From positions 9,751 to 73,750 of the forward strand of contig JBBTUN010000001.1 in assembly GCA_038063735.1 (NCBI GenBank): a stretch of 64,000 nucleotides of DNA, read 5' to 3'. The translations under genes and the position numbers were made by a program. This stretch comes from Patescibacteria group bacterium (GTDB lineage Bacteria; Patescibacteriota; Microgenomatia; Curtissbacterales; GWA2-41-24). Position 1 is the first letter of the stretch, and each line of letters begins with the position of its first letter. Shown here piece by piece: positions 9,339 through 19,290 of this stretch. The notes below the pieces were generated by a model that was given only the letters and a program-made list of their open reading frames with translations, searched no databases and was not told the origin of the DNA.

Positions 9339-9967
9339 GAGAAATTTTTTTGCTTTTGGGTTGATGGACACGCGATAAGTCTGCTTATAGAAAACTCATT
9401 AAAACAAAACAAACAGGTGTTGATATATTTTTTGTTGACCACAGGTTGATTAATATTAATAATCCAGCTGAGAGTATCAAGAAAATCTGTAATGATAGTG
9501 ATTTTAAAAAGGTGTCTGTTGTTGGTCATTCGATAGGGGGCTTTTTTGCTATTAAGTTTGCGGCAAGTTTTCCTGAGTCGGTTGATAGATTATTTCTTAT
9601 AGACTCGGAGGGTGTATACGAGAAGGAAAAGATCGAGAGTTTGTTTATTAACTTTGCACGAACTCACCTTAAACATGGCAAAGCAAAGGCACTTAATAAT
9701 ATTAAGTCGGTTTACAATTTGTTAAAAAATCCCCTTTTTATGATAAGACTAGTGAGACTAGCTCACCTTGGTGATTTGACTGGCGATCTATTTAAAATAA
9801 GCGCAAAGACGACAATTATTTGGGGTCGGGAAGATAGACTTACACCGGTTTGGCAGGGAGAGATAATGAACAAGTTTCTTAGAAATTCTAAGCTAATTGT
9901 TTTAGCTGGAATGGACCACGATTGGATTTTGCACAAACCTCAGTTATTTTGGGAAAATTACAAATAA
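9335..9967 (+). pseudogene. Alpha/beta hydrolase with an in-frame TGA at codon 10
   Basis: GHSIGG nucleophile elbow, IIWGREDRLTP and MDHDW. The frame extends up to GTG 9335 (GTGA overlap with cca) as MREIFLLLG*WTRD, with TGA at 9362-9364. Confidence 0.6.
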
Positions 9968-10013
9968 TCTAAAGAGCTATAGGGCTAGAGAGTTAAAGAG
10001 TGGAAAGAATATT

Positions 10014-10919
10014 CTAACTTTTTTTTCTTTTAGTACTTAAATTATGCCAGACAACAAGAAGTGGTGCGGCGTTGAAGATGGATGAGTAGGTTCCGGAGAT
10101 CATGCCAATAAGTAACGCCAGAACAAATGTTTTAATACTTTCTCCGCCAAACAGGAAGAGTGCTATAAGAACAAAGATTGCAGTAAGAGATGTATTTAAG
10201 GACCGCCCTAAGGTTTGCAGCAGAGAGTGATTAACAATTTCCGGGAAATCGTAACCACTATGTTTAAGTAAGTTTTCCCTGATTCTATCGAAAACCACGA
10301 TTGTGTCGTGAACAGAAAACCCGATTACAGTAAGCAGAGCGGTTATAAAGAGTGAATCTATTTCGATGTTGGTAAAATGACCAATAATTGCAAAGATCCC
10401 GACAACAACAATAACGTCGTGCACAAGCGCAACAACTGTGCAAACGCCAAAAGCTATTGAGGACGCCGGCTTAGGAACTTTTCTAAACGAATAAGTAATA
10501 TAGGAAACGATTGCAAGAATTGATATTGCTACCGCGAGTAGTGCTTTTTGAGTTAGCTCCTTTGAAATTGTCGGGCCTACAGTTTCCAGACGTACATCTT
10601 CCACTTGTCCATATTTATCTTTTACCTTACTTTTAACATCGTTCAATTTTGCTTCCTCATTTATTTTTAGTCTCGCCAAAATTGAGTCATCCGAAGTCGT
10701 AGATACGGTTGAAGCCTCTGCACCAATATCATTTAAAAATGCCTGAAAGCTTTGGGTGGTTACGTTTTCTTTTTTTTCAACAAATTTTACCTCCCAAAGA
10801 GTCCCTCCTGTAAAATCTATTCCTAGCTTAAGACCCCATGTAAAAAGCGCTATTACTCCAGGGACAAGAATTATAAGAGAGAGAGCAAAGAAAAGATTAC
10901 GCTTTGCTATTAAATTCAT
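10014..10919 (-). CDS. secF: Protein translocase subunit SecF
   Basis: LGIDFTGG, VGPTIS, DTIVVFDRIRE, GTYSSIF. Confidence 0.96.
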   Translation of the reverse strand: MNLIAKRNLFFALSLIILVPGVIALFTWGLKLGIDFTGGTLWEVKFVEKKENVTTQSFQAFLNDIGAEASTVSTTSDDSILARLKINEEAKLNDVKSKVKDKYGQVEDVRLETVGPTISKELTQKALLAVAISILAIVSYITYSFRKVPKPASSIAFGVCTVVALVHDVIVVVGIFAIIGHFTNIEIDSLFITALLTVIGFSVHDTIVVFDRIRENLLKHSGYDFPEIVNHSLLQTLGRSLNTSLTAIFVLIALFLFGGESIKTFVLALLIGMISGTYSSIFNAAPLLVVWHNLSTKRKKS

Positions 10920-12226
10920 ACTTTACCTACCCAGAAGAATTTTAATAAGTTACGTGTTACGGTTATGGCACTAAACATAGAAATTAAAATACCAACAGCA
11001 AGTGTCAGGGCAAAACCACGGATTGACCCGGTGCCAAAGTTAAAAAGAATAAATGTTGTAATCAGTGATGAGACGTTAGAGTCACGAATAGAAGACCATG
11101 CCCTGTCAAAGCCTGCAAAAAGTGCCTCGTGTTTTGGCTTGCCCCAAGCAAGTTCTTCTTTCATCCGCTCAAAAATCAAAATATTGGCATCCACTGCCAT
11201 GCCGATAGATAAAACAAACCCGGCTATACCGGCAAGCGTTAAGGTGACTGGAACAAGCTTGAAAACAGAAAATACCAGAACGGTGTAGACGGAGAGAGCA
11301 ACTACCGCGAAAACACCCAATAGGCGGTAGTAAACAATCATAAACACTGCAACCGAAAGAAGCCCGATTGCGGTTGCTATGATGCTTTTTTCTATGGCAA
11401 CTGCGCCAATTGTTGGCCCCACCCTGTTTTGGCTTTCTATCTTAAGTGGAACAGGAAGCGCACCCGCGTTAAGCTGAATTGTAAGTTCTTTTGCACTATT
11501 GGAGTTGAAATTCCCACTAATTTGTGCACTACCATCAGAAATTACTGCCCTTATGGTTGGTGGAGGCCATGATATTGGTTGTTCATCCAAAAACATTCCC
11601 ATGGGTTCGTTTAGGTTGTTTTTTGTTATCTCTTCCAGTTTTTTGGCTCCATCCCCATTGAACTCCAAATTTACGACATAACCGGGGGTATTAGGATCAC
11701 GACTGGGAGCAGCAACTGCCCGTTTTAAGTCTTTGCCGGTAAGGCCGGTGCTTTCGTAGTTTTCTAGCTTTGCAGATTCGGTAGCATTCCCCCTGGCTGC
11801 AGGTGTTAAAGTTTTAAATTCTAAATGTGCTGTAGTTCTTACAGTCGCAAGAGCCTGCTCGACATCTGTAATTCCCGGTATTTCTATGATTAACCTGTAC
11901 TGACCTTGAGTTTTGGCTGTTTGTATTATTGGTTCAGAAACTCCTAATGAGTTAATTCTGTTTTCTATAACATTTTTTGCAGATTCCAGCGCGCTATCCC
12001 TATCTTCTTCTGAAACATTTTGCATGTCTGCACTCATTGTAAGCTGAACCCCTCCCGCCAGATCTAGGCCAAGTTTGGGTTCCAAATCTCTTGTGAAAAA
12101 ACTCGTGGCAATTTTTGGGTGAGATATAACGTGCCCTAAGACGGTAACCTTTGGCAAGTTGATATATACGGCCACAATTGTCAGAATTAATATAAATAGG
12201 ATGCTTAAACGGGGTTTTTTGTACAT
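10916..12226 (-). CDS. secD: Protein translocase subunit SecD
   Basis: LGLDLAGG, RINSLGVSEP, GMAVDANILIFER. Confidence 0.96.
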   Translation of the reverse strand: MYKKPRLSILFILILTIVAVYINLPKVTVLGHVISHPKIATSFFTRDLEPKLGLDLAGGVQLTMSADMQNVSEEDRDSALESAKNVIENRINSLGVSEPIIQTAKTQGQYRLIIEIPGITDVEQALATVRTTAHLEFKTLTPAARGNATESAKLENYESTGLTGKDLKRAVAAPSRDPNTPGYVVNLEFNGDGAKKLEEITKNNLNEPMGMFLDEQPISWPPPTIRAVISDGSAQISGNFNSNSAKELTIQLNAGALPVPLKIESQNRVGPTIGAVAIEKSIIATAIGLLSVAVFMIVYYRLLGVFAVVALSVYTVLVFSVFKLVPVTLTLAGIAGFVLSIGMAVDANILIFERMKEELAWGKPKHEALFAGFDRAWSSIRDSNVSSLITTFILFNFGTGSIRGFALTLAVGILISMFSAITVTRNLLKFFWVGKV

Positions 12227-12235
12227 GAGGGCATT

Positions 12236-12814
12236 TTAGAGTTTAACCATTTCTTCTTCGTCGCCAATTAGCATAACACGCGGTCGTGCCAGAATTCCAA
12301 GAACAAACGGGTCTCGTCTACTCTTCCTGAAATTAAATTCCTCTTCAGTCATAGGAGTAAAGTTTATTTCCCTGTTTCTTCTTGCCTCTTCGTCTTTAAT
12401 AATTGCAGACAGCTCCGGGAGAACAATTGTGCCGACAACAAAAAGGTCAACTTCGTTTTGCGTATATGGCTTTCCCCGCACAAACGAGCCAGAAAGCATC
12501 GCGTAATTAATTTTGCCAAGTTTTGCTTTGTTTTTGATGATTGCTCCTCCTAAGCCAACACTTTTATTAACCATGGATAAAAATTCCGAAAAAAACATGT
12601 AGTCTTTTTTAACACCGTAATATCTTCTATTTGCCCTCCATTCGCTGGCTAAAAAGCCGGTTTTTTCAAGTCTGGCCAGCTCTCTTCTTACTGCGTTTAT
12701 TTCCTCTTCTACACGTCTGACTATTTCCCGAACGTGATACATCTGTCCGGGGTTTCCCAAAAAGAGCTCAAATATTTTTACTCTTACTTTTGAAATTAAA
12801 ATATCTACAATCAT
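12236..12814 (-). CDS. Winged-helix plus nucleotidyltransferase-like domain protein
   Basis: N-terminal HTH (YHVREIVRRVEEEINAVRREL), then GSF...VDLFVVG. Confidence 0.7.
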   Translation of the reverse strand: MIVDILISKVRVKIFELFLGNPGQMYHVREIVRRVEEEINAVRRELARLEKTGFLASEWRANRRYYGVKKDYMFFSEFLSMVNKSVGLGGAIIKNKAKLGKINYAMLSGSFVRGKPYTQNEVDLFVVGTIVLPELSAIIKDEEARRNREINFTPMTEEEFNFRKSRRDPFVLGILARPRVMLIGDEEEMVKL

Positions 12815-12926
12815 GCTTCCACCTAATTTTTAGGGCACTAAAACTTAGGCATTCCTTTTTTTAAATTTTTATTTGGCAGATAATCTTTAGCAGGCGGGCC
12901 CTTTTTGCTAATGCCCCAAAAGGACG

Positions 12927-14054
12927 TTAGTATTCTACAACATTCCCTATAGGAATTGTTTGTACCCAAATTTGACCTCTATTTAATTCTATTTCTTTTC
13001 CCTTGGCATCGGTCCATTTTGTTCTCGCTGTGCGGTTTGCTTTATTCCATTTACCTTCTGTGACTTTTCCATCCATGAAGACAATTGCTTTACCCGAACC
13101 GGTGGTGGTGTACAAAAGATGGCCTTCTTCGTCATTCAGGAATCTTTCCGAGGCGAGTTGAATAATTATATTTTTTGCACTTAATTGCTCATTTGATATT
13201 TTATCAATTTGAGCTGTTTCACCATGAAATCTTTTATAGGTATTTGACTCCTTGTCGTACTTCCATATTACAGCGTAGTCTGGTGCGTTTGGCCTAAAAG
13301 GAACCGTTATCGGGGTTTGATCACTCCTTTGGTCTAAAGGTGCTTCGACTTTAAATTTCCACTGAGTAAAGTTTGCATCCCAGCGTACGCCTTTATCGTC
13401 TTTTACTCCAAATCCCCTTTCTTGAGCTTCTTCCCAAAGTTTTTTTGTGGTGGAGTGGACATTGTGCGGTGCCAGTTTGTCTGTACCTCTCCAATATGTG
13501 GGAAAGCCTATTCCAAATTGATCCATATCTTTAATGCCATAATCTCTAATCTGCCCTAGAGCGTTTGCGGGGCCAGCCCTGTTGGCACCACCTACGTGGG
13601 AGTAAGCGGCATCATATTCGCTAAGCCAGTCGATAAAATATGTACGTGCACTTCTAATTGGAGCTATATCTCCGGCATCTTGACACAAATACATCGCTAA
13701 ATATCTTGTTATTCCACTTTCGGCGATGGCTTCGTAGACCACGTCGCTTCTTGAAAGGCCCAGTACTGGCCGTGCGTCTACATGGTTTTCTACCATTACC
13801 CCTAGTGGCCTTCTATTGTCCCATGCGTCTTTTCTATTTTTGGTATACATAACTCCATTAAGTGGGCAAGGCTGGTCTTTGGTACCTTCTTCGTTGCCAG
13901 AGGTGGGATCTGAAAGATTTCCAAAAGGTGTAACTATATTAATAGGCGTCTTTAGAAAAAGGCTAAATGCAACATATGACACGCCGGTTGAAACTGCATA
14001 CAGTAAAATGCCGGCCATGACAATTTGTAATTTTTTATTAGGCAGAAAGTTCAT
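12927..14054 (-). CDS. DUF3048-like (YerB-type) membrane-anchored protein
   Basis: RPLGVMVEN, ARP, VYEAIAESGITR, PIRSAR, APHN, GQIWVQ. Confidence 0.8.
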   Translation of the reverse strand: MNFLPNKKLQIVMAGILLYAVSTGVSYVAFSLFLKTPINIVTPFGNLSDPTSGNEEGTKDQPCPLNGVMYTKNRKDAWDNRRPLGVMVENHVDARPVLGLSRSDVVYEAIAESGITRYLAMYLCQDAGDIAPIRSARTYFIDWLSEYDAAYSHVGGANRAGPANALGQIRDYGIKDMDQFGIGFPTYWRGTDKLAPHNVHSTTKKLWEEAQERGFGVKDDKGVRWDANFTQWKFKVEAPLDQRSDQTPITVPFRPNAPDYAVIWKYDKESNTYKRFHGETAQIDKISNEQLSAKNIIIQLASERFLNDEEGHLLYTTTGSGKAIVFMDGKVTEGKWNKANRTARTKWTDAKGKEIELNRGQIWVQTIPIGNVVEY

Positions 14055-14076
14055 TAGATTTTATTTTAACCTAATT

Positions 14077-14556
14077 TCAAATATTTTTCTTCTTTAGGGC
14101 TTTTTCAACCGCTTCTTTTTCTTCTTTTGTAAATGCGTGAACTTGAGGTTTACCAGCCATTACTCCTTTTGTGTAAACTCTTGTGCCGCTCCTTGAGTGC
14201 AGTGATGAGATTACGATCCCATTTCCACGCCCGTCAAGCAGCGCAACAACAAAACTTTGGTCGCCCCCTGCATCTTCAAATGGGTTAAAACGGACAAGCG
14301 CATATTTTTGAAAATATTCCCTCGACTTTTCTTCCTGAGTAACCTGGTGCGCACTTAAATCTGATAGGTGGGCAGCATGCGAGTTTTGCTTGTTAATGAT
14401 CGTTTCTAGAATTTTATCCAAACTTTGGTTATTTACTCCCCGCGTCAGCTTTTTATAGTGATTGACTACCCTTATTAAGTATAATCCCAATAAAATTACC
14501 GCTATTGTTAAAAGGAGCAAGATTAGATATATAAAATTTAGTTGCTCCCACCACAT
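14077..14556 (-). CDS. DUF4446-like membrane protein
   Basis: N-terminal TM helix, VRFNPFEDAGGDQSFVVALLD, EEKEA. Confidence 0.8.
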   Translation of the reverse strand: MWWEQLNFIYLILLLLTIAVILLGLYLIRVVNHYKKLTRGVNNQSLDKILETIINKQNSHAAHLSDLSAHQVTQEEKSREYFQKYALVRFNPFEDAGGDQSFVVALLDGRGNGIVISSLHSRSGTRVYTKGVMAGKPQVHAFTKEEKEAVEKALKKKNI

Positions 14557-14652
14557 TTTTGGATAAATTAATTACTCCAACCTTTTACCATGTCGCTTCT
14601 TTGGTTGTCAACGATTTTTGACTGCCTTTGTGATATTATATGAAAAATTGTT

Positions 14653-14925
14653 ATGCCTTTTAAAACAAAGCGCAGGAAAATTGCAGCTAAAAATAGAATT
14701 GTCTTTACAGAGTCTGGAGTTATTTCTTACAAAGTGGCTGACCACGATGAGCAAGTTACCGTCTTGGGGCATTCTGATGCGCACAAGAACGTTGCAAATA
14801 GATTGACAAGTGAGATTGACTATAAAAAACTTCAAAGCGAACTTACCCGAATAATTTTGCTTGCGTTGTTCATTATAGGGCTACAGCTAGCCTTAAAATT
14901 TTCTAATATCCCTTTATTTAAATAG
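14653..14925 (+). CDS. Small hypothetical protein with C-terminal TM helix
   Basis: 90-aa ORF, basic N-terminus, hydrophobic C-terminus. Confidence 0.6.
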   Translation: MPFKTKRRKIAAKNRIVFTESGVISYKVADHDEQVTVLGHSDAHKNVANRLTSEIDYKKLQSELTRIILLALFIIGLQLALKFSNIPLFK

Positions 14926-15079
14926 CCCATATAATTCTAGTAAATTTAGCTTCAAATTGATTTTCTTGACTAGGCTGCTGAGGCTATGCTATGGTTGAGT
15001 CTATCTGAAGCTAACTAGCCTCAATTAAATATTGGACTAAGGCTAAAGAAAATTACTGTCTAAAGGAGGTGATTTATAA

Positions 15080-15220
15080 ATGGCAACAATGTATTGTGTT
15101 AAATGCCGAGAAAAGAGAGATGACCCTAACGCACAAAAGGTAACCATGAAAAACGGTAAACCAGCTCTTAAGGGTAAGTGCCCAGTTTGTGGTACATCAA
15201 TGTTTAAAATCGGCGGTTAG
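15080..15220 (+). CDS. Small zinc-ribbon protein (DUF5679-like, 46 aa)
   Basis: Below the ORF-track cutoff; AAGGAGGTGA SD; MATMYCVKCREK...GKCPVCGTSMFKIGG with two CxxC. Confidence 0.85.
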   Translation: MATMYCVKCREKRDDPNAQKVTMKNGKPALKGKCPVCGTSMFKIGG

Positions 15221-15268
15221 TTCAAGAGGGCAAGCCGAGCTTGGCTCGATTGCTTTTTTTCAAAAAAG

Positions 15269-15312
15269 AAAAACCCCACAGGACAAATGTTTTCTGTCAT
15301 ATGGGGTTTTTT
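15269..15312. terminator. Probable bidirectional terminator between convergent genes
   Basis: aaaaacccca ... tggggtttttt inverted repeat. Confidence 0.55.
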
Positions 15313-15325
15313 CTCCGCTTGAAGT

Positions 15326-15943
15326 TTAGGTTGAAAATGCTTCTAAAATAATCCGCTGCACTTTGTACAAACCTTTAAGAATTGGCTCTGGATAGCTGTA
15401 GATTTTGTTATAAAGATCCTCGTTCCTGCCTGTCAAAAACTCCTTATTAAATTCCCAAATTACTTTTGTTACTTGCCCTGTTTCTGGTTTAGTCGTAAAG
15501 TCTATTTTATTGTAATGTGCTTCGGTGTTTGACTCTGTATTCATCCTTTTGGGGTCAACAATTGAAATAATTGTTTGCTTGTCAGCAATAACTGCCGGAA
15601 GGACTTTGTTGAACACGCTGGGATCTCCCCCATCCATCTCCAGAACCATATTTACTTTGTCCACTTTTTGGGAGAAGGCTGTATCATGGGTTAGCTTTAC
15701 CTTTATTATCTCCCCTTCTTTTGTTTCCATTTCCCATATGTAAATTGTCTTATCGAAGCTTTTTGTTTCAGGAGGGATTACGCTTGGTATTCTTACAAGT
15801 GGTTGAATTTGGTCTTTTACGGCGAAATTAATTTTATCGGTTGTTTGCTTAACAACTTTAAAGCTGATAACGACAGTCACTATAAAAGTTATTATTCCAA
15901 GAGCCAAAAGCACTGTTGCCGTAACCATTAAGACTTTCTTCAC
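15326..15943 (-). CDS. Hypothetical membrane-anchored protein
   Basis: 205-aa ORF with N-terminal hydrophobic helix. Confidence 0.7.
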   Translation of the reverse strand: MKKVLMVTATVLLALGIITFIVTVVISFKVVKQTTDKINFAVKDQIQPLVRIPSVIPPETKSFDKTIYIWEMETKEGEIIKVKLTHDTAFSQKVDKVNMVLEMDGGDPSVFNKVLPAVIADKQTIISIVDPKRMNTESNTEAHYNKIDFTTKPETGQVTKVIWEFNKEFLTGRNEDLYNKIYSYPEPILKGLYKVQRIILEAFST

Positions 15944-15983
15944 ACTTTAATATTAACAGAAAATTAATTACTTTTTATAATTG

Positions 15984-17504
15984 TCAGGCGTCTGTTGTTG
16001 GTCGATATTGCAGTGCTTCTGCAACATGATTTGTTTTTATTTTGAGTGAGTTTTCGAGATCAGCGATTGTACGTGCGATTTTAACAACACGGTGGAAAGA
16101 TCGGGCGGAAAGGTTAAGTTTTGAAATCGCTTGTTTTAATAGAGTAATCGATGGTTGATCGAGATTGCAGAATTGTTTCATGGTTTTACTGGACATTTCG
16201 GCATTTGAGGTGATCGATAATTTAGAAAATCGTTTTTCCTGGATATCGCGGGCTTTTTGGACACGGGCTTTGATAATTTTTGATCCTTCAGAATTTGCTG
16301 CTGTTGTTAATTTTTCTACTTTTACCGCTGGTACTGTTACATGAATATCAATTCTGTCCAAAATTGGACCGGAAATCCTTTTTTGGTAGCGGGTAATTGC
16401 TGAAGGTGTACAAACACAGTTTCTGTTTTGGTCTCCTAAAAATCCGCAAGGGCAGGGGTTTGCGGCTGCCACCAAACTAAACCGGCAGGGAAATTTTACT
16501 GACCCGGATGCACGGGAAATAGTCACAAATCCATCTTCCATAGGCTGGCGCAACGCTTCTAAAACTTGTCTTGAAAATTCCGGAAACTCATCCAAAAATA
16601 GTACTCCCCTGTGTGCCAAAGAAATTTCTCCCGGCCGAGGTATGGTGCTACCGCCAATCAAGCCAATATGGCTAGTTGTATGATGAGGGCTTCTGAACGG
16701 CCGGGAAGTAATTATTGGGTTCTCGCGGTTTAGCAAATTTGCAACAGAATAAATTTTAGTCACCTCAAGGCTTTCTTCAAAAGTAAGCTTGGGTAGAATA
16801 GTTGCATAAGAACGGGCCATTAAGGTTTTGCCGGCGCCCGGTGGTCCTTTCATAAGAATATTGTGGCTACCCGCAGAAGCTATTTCCAGTGCTCTTTTGG
16901 CGCTTTCCTGACCTCTAATATTTTCAAAATCGTATTCGTCACTTACTTGTGATTTAAAAAATTGTTTTTTTGTTTTTGCCGGTACCATCAATTTATTTTG
17001 GGCAAAGTGGTCAAAAAGCTGGCGAAGATTTGTTAAGTTGTAAACTGAAATTTTATCTATTATGGCTGCTTCGTCTAAGTTATCTTCAGGAATGAAAATG
17101 TTTTTATAACTTTTATCCCTGGCCATAATCGCACAGGGTAAGACTCCCCATATTCTTCTTAATGACCCATCCAAGGAAAGCTCACCAACGAAAATACTGC
17201 CCGTTGTGTCAGCTCTTAGTTGTTCTGAGGCAATTAAAATTCCGAGTGCGATTGGTAAATCGTATGCGGGGCCTTCTTTTGGTAAATCGGCTGGCGCCAG
17301 GTTTACAGTAATTTTTTTGGCCGGAAAATCGGCCCCACTGTTTTTTATTGCTGCGCGGACCCGTTCTTTACTTTCTTCGACCGCTTTGTCCGGCAAGCCC
17401 ACAATTGTAAAAGACGGAAGTCCTTGGGCCGCTATGTCTACTTCCACCGTTATTGGTACGGCATCCAAACCCACGACTGCAGCAGATATAACTTTGGCTA
17501 GCAC
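15984..17504 (-). CDS. comM: YifB/ComM family Mg-chelatase-like AAA+ ATPase
   Basis: VGLPDKAVEESKERV, GPPGAGKT, RSPHHT, LFLDEFPEF, NPCPCG. Confidence 0.92.
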   Translation of the reverse strand: MLAKVISAAVVGLDAVPITVEVDIAAQGLPSFTIVGLPDKAVEESKERVRAAIKNSGADFPAKKITVNLAPADLPKEGPAYDLPIALGILIASEQLRADTTGSIFVGELSLDGSLRRIWGVLPCAIMARDKSYKNIFIPEDNLDEAAIIDKISVYNLTNLRQLFDHFAQNKLMVPAKTKKQFFKSQVSDEYDFENIRGQESAKRALEIASAGSHNILMKGPPGAGKTLMARSYATILPKLTFEESLEVTKIYSVANLLNRENPIITSRPFRSPHHTTSHIGLIGGSTIPRPGEISLAHRGVLFLDEFPEFSRQVLEALRQPMEDGFVTISRASGSVKFPCRFSLVAAANPCPCGFLGDQNRNCVCTPSAITRYQKRISGPILDRIDIHVTVPAVKVEKLTTAANSEGSKIIKARVQKARDIQEKRFSKLSITSNAEMSSKTMKQFCNLDQPSITLLKQAISKLNLSARSFHRVVKIARTIADLENSLKIKTNHVAEALQYRPTTDA

Positions 17505-17548
17505 TAATTGGATTATATAACGTGGGCTATTTTGTTAAAATCTTTAAT

Positions 17549-18445
17549 ATGAAGAAGTTTACATATTTGTTTGTAGTTTTTTTGACTATTGGTGTTCTCT
17601 TTGTAAACCGGGACAAGTACTCGGAGTTTTTCCAATCCTTAAATCCTTGCGACAGGCCTATTACTTACAGGGTTGATTTTGTCGACAAGAGGTTTAATTT
17701 AACTCAAGCGCAATTTCTGGCCGATGTGAAAGAGGCTGCGAGTATTTGGAACTCAAAACGAGGCAAAGACGTGTTTGTTTATGACGAACAGGGTAAAGTT
17801 TCTGTAAATTTAATTTTTGATTCCAGACAACAAGAGAGTAATCAAATAAATAGTTTGGATAATCAGTTAGATAAACAAAAAGGGCAATTAGATGCGGAAA
17901 CCCGCGCCTACAAAAACCAGGTTGAGGATTTTAAAAAGAGGCTGGAAGTACATAATGAGTTGGTGCAAAGTTGGAATAATCAAGGTGGCGCTCCACCGGA
18001 CGAGTTTGAGAAGCTTGCGCGCGAGCAACAAGATTTACAATCGGAAGCGAATAAGTTGAATGAAAAGGCAGGAAGCCTGAATTTGTCGTCGGAAAACTAC
18101 AATTTGCAAGTTGGAAAGCTTAATAGTGCCATTGAAGATTTTAATACAGATCTTTCTAAAAAGCCGGAAGAAGGAATTTTTATGGGGGATAAAATGAGGA
18201 TTGAAATTTATTTCAACAATAATAAGCAGGAACTTGTTCATACTTTGGCACATGAACTTGGACACTCACTAGGAGTGAATCATAATAATAACCCTAAATC
18301 TATAATGTATCCTTACACTACAAAAACTGTTTTACTGTCTGCAGCAGATGTGGAATCGCTTGATAGCGTATGCAGAGAGATAAGTGTCTTTGAAGCGTTT
18401 AGTGGCTGGATTGACGCTTTGCGGTCGCAATGGAAATCGAATTAG
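17549..18445 (+). CDS. Matrixin-family zinc metalloprotease with coiled-coil insert
   Basis: HELGHSLGVNH (HExxHxxGxxH) and SIMYP Met-turn; start placed at ATG 17549. Confidence 0.88.
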   Translation: MKKFTYLFVVFLTIGVLFVNRDKYSEFFQSLNPCDRPITYRVDFVDKRFNLTQAQFLADVKEAASIWNSKRGKDVFVYDEQGKVSVNLIFDSRQQESNQINSLDNQLDKQKGQLDAETRAYKNQVEDFKKRLEVHNELVQSWNNQGGAPPDEFEKLAREQQDLQSEANKLNEKAGSLNLSSENYNLQVGKLNSAIEDFNTDLSKKPEEGIFMGDKMRIEIYFNNNKQELVHTLAHELGHSLGVNHNNNPKSIMYPYTTKTVLLSAADVESLDSVCREISVFEAFSGWIDALRSQWKSN

Positions 18446-19220
18446 GTTTTAGATTTTCTAAATCCATCTCTTTTGGCTTCATCTTCTGTGCAAAACCATT
18501 TTTCGCCTTTTGACTGGTCTACTGCGGTTTTTTGATAATATTTTTGACCGATCATGTGATAAATTTTTTCACCGGAGGATGACACATTGCCCTTTATGCT
18601 GCAGTCATTTGGCCCTGTCTCGATGGTATTAGTAGACTCGTTAAGATTTTGCTTCCCGGCTGGCATGCGGACCACAGGCCTCTATCGCCCTGACGAGCTT
18701 CAAGTTCCGCTTCTTTAAATTCTTCCTGATGAGCAACATCCGGTGGATAAGACGAAGAATAAGCATACCCTTGGCGAACTAGAAAATCGTTAACCATGAT
18801 GTCGCCAATATATACATATCGAAGCAATCTTCCATACTTGTCTGTTTCGGATACATCTTTTGTAAGTGTGACGCTTTTCCCTTCTACCAATTCTTTATTT
18901 TTCTCTGAGGCCTCTTTACCAAAGCACTGCACTACTTTTTGCGGATGGACTGTTTCCGGCGTGTCGATACCGATATACCTAACTCTTTGCCCTCCTTCAA
19001 TCTCTATTGTGTCACCGTCAACAACTCGGATAACTTTGATACCAGCTTGAGATATTGTTGAGGATGAAGAAGCTTCAGGGGCGGAATTGGAATTCTTAAT
19101 GCCATATATCCTGTTTTCCTTTTTTTCTAAAATACGGGTATTAATTAAAATTTTGTTAAAACTGAAAAAGATTATAAATGTACCGAGGGTGATTGTCGTA
19201 ATTATTAACAGTTTTTTCAT
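18442..19220 (-). pseudogene. Thermonuclease (SNase) whose C-terminal accessory domain is in a shifted frame
   Basis: 18594..19220 has VVDGDT, RYIGIDTPE, DKYGRLLRY, GLW. The overlapping 18442..18675 frame has CSIKGNVSSSGEKIYH...GEKWFCTEDEA, a domain normally fused after SNase. Confidence 0.65.
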
Positions 19221-19290
19221 AAAGGGTTTAAATAATTTTAGCTCTATCTCTTGTAAAGTTTAATTTTATGATATTTAATTAAACTGTAAA

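Noticed and set aside
9362-9364. Genetic code 25 (TGA = Gly)
   Set aside because: TGA ends many conserved genes in ATGA overlaps, and no housekeeping gene is interrupted by TGA.
8960-9529. 189-aa antisense ORF and the many other short antisense or nested ORFs in the track
   Set aside because: They are shadows of well-supported genes and have no motifs of their own.
12815-12926. Intergenic stem ttagca/tgctaa upstream of the wHTH gene
   Set aside because: Short and imperfect; cannot be told from chance or a weak terminator.
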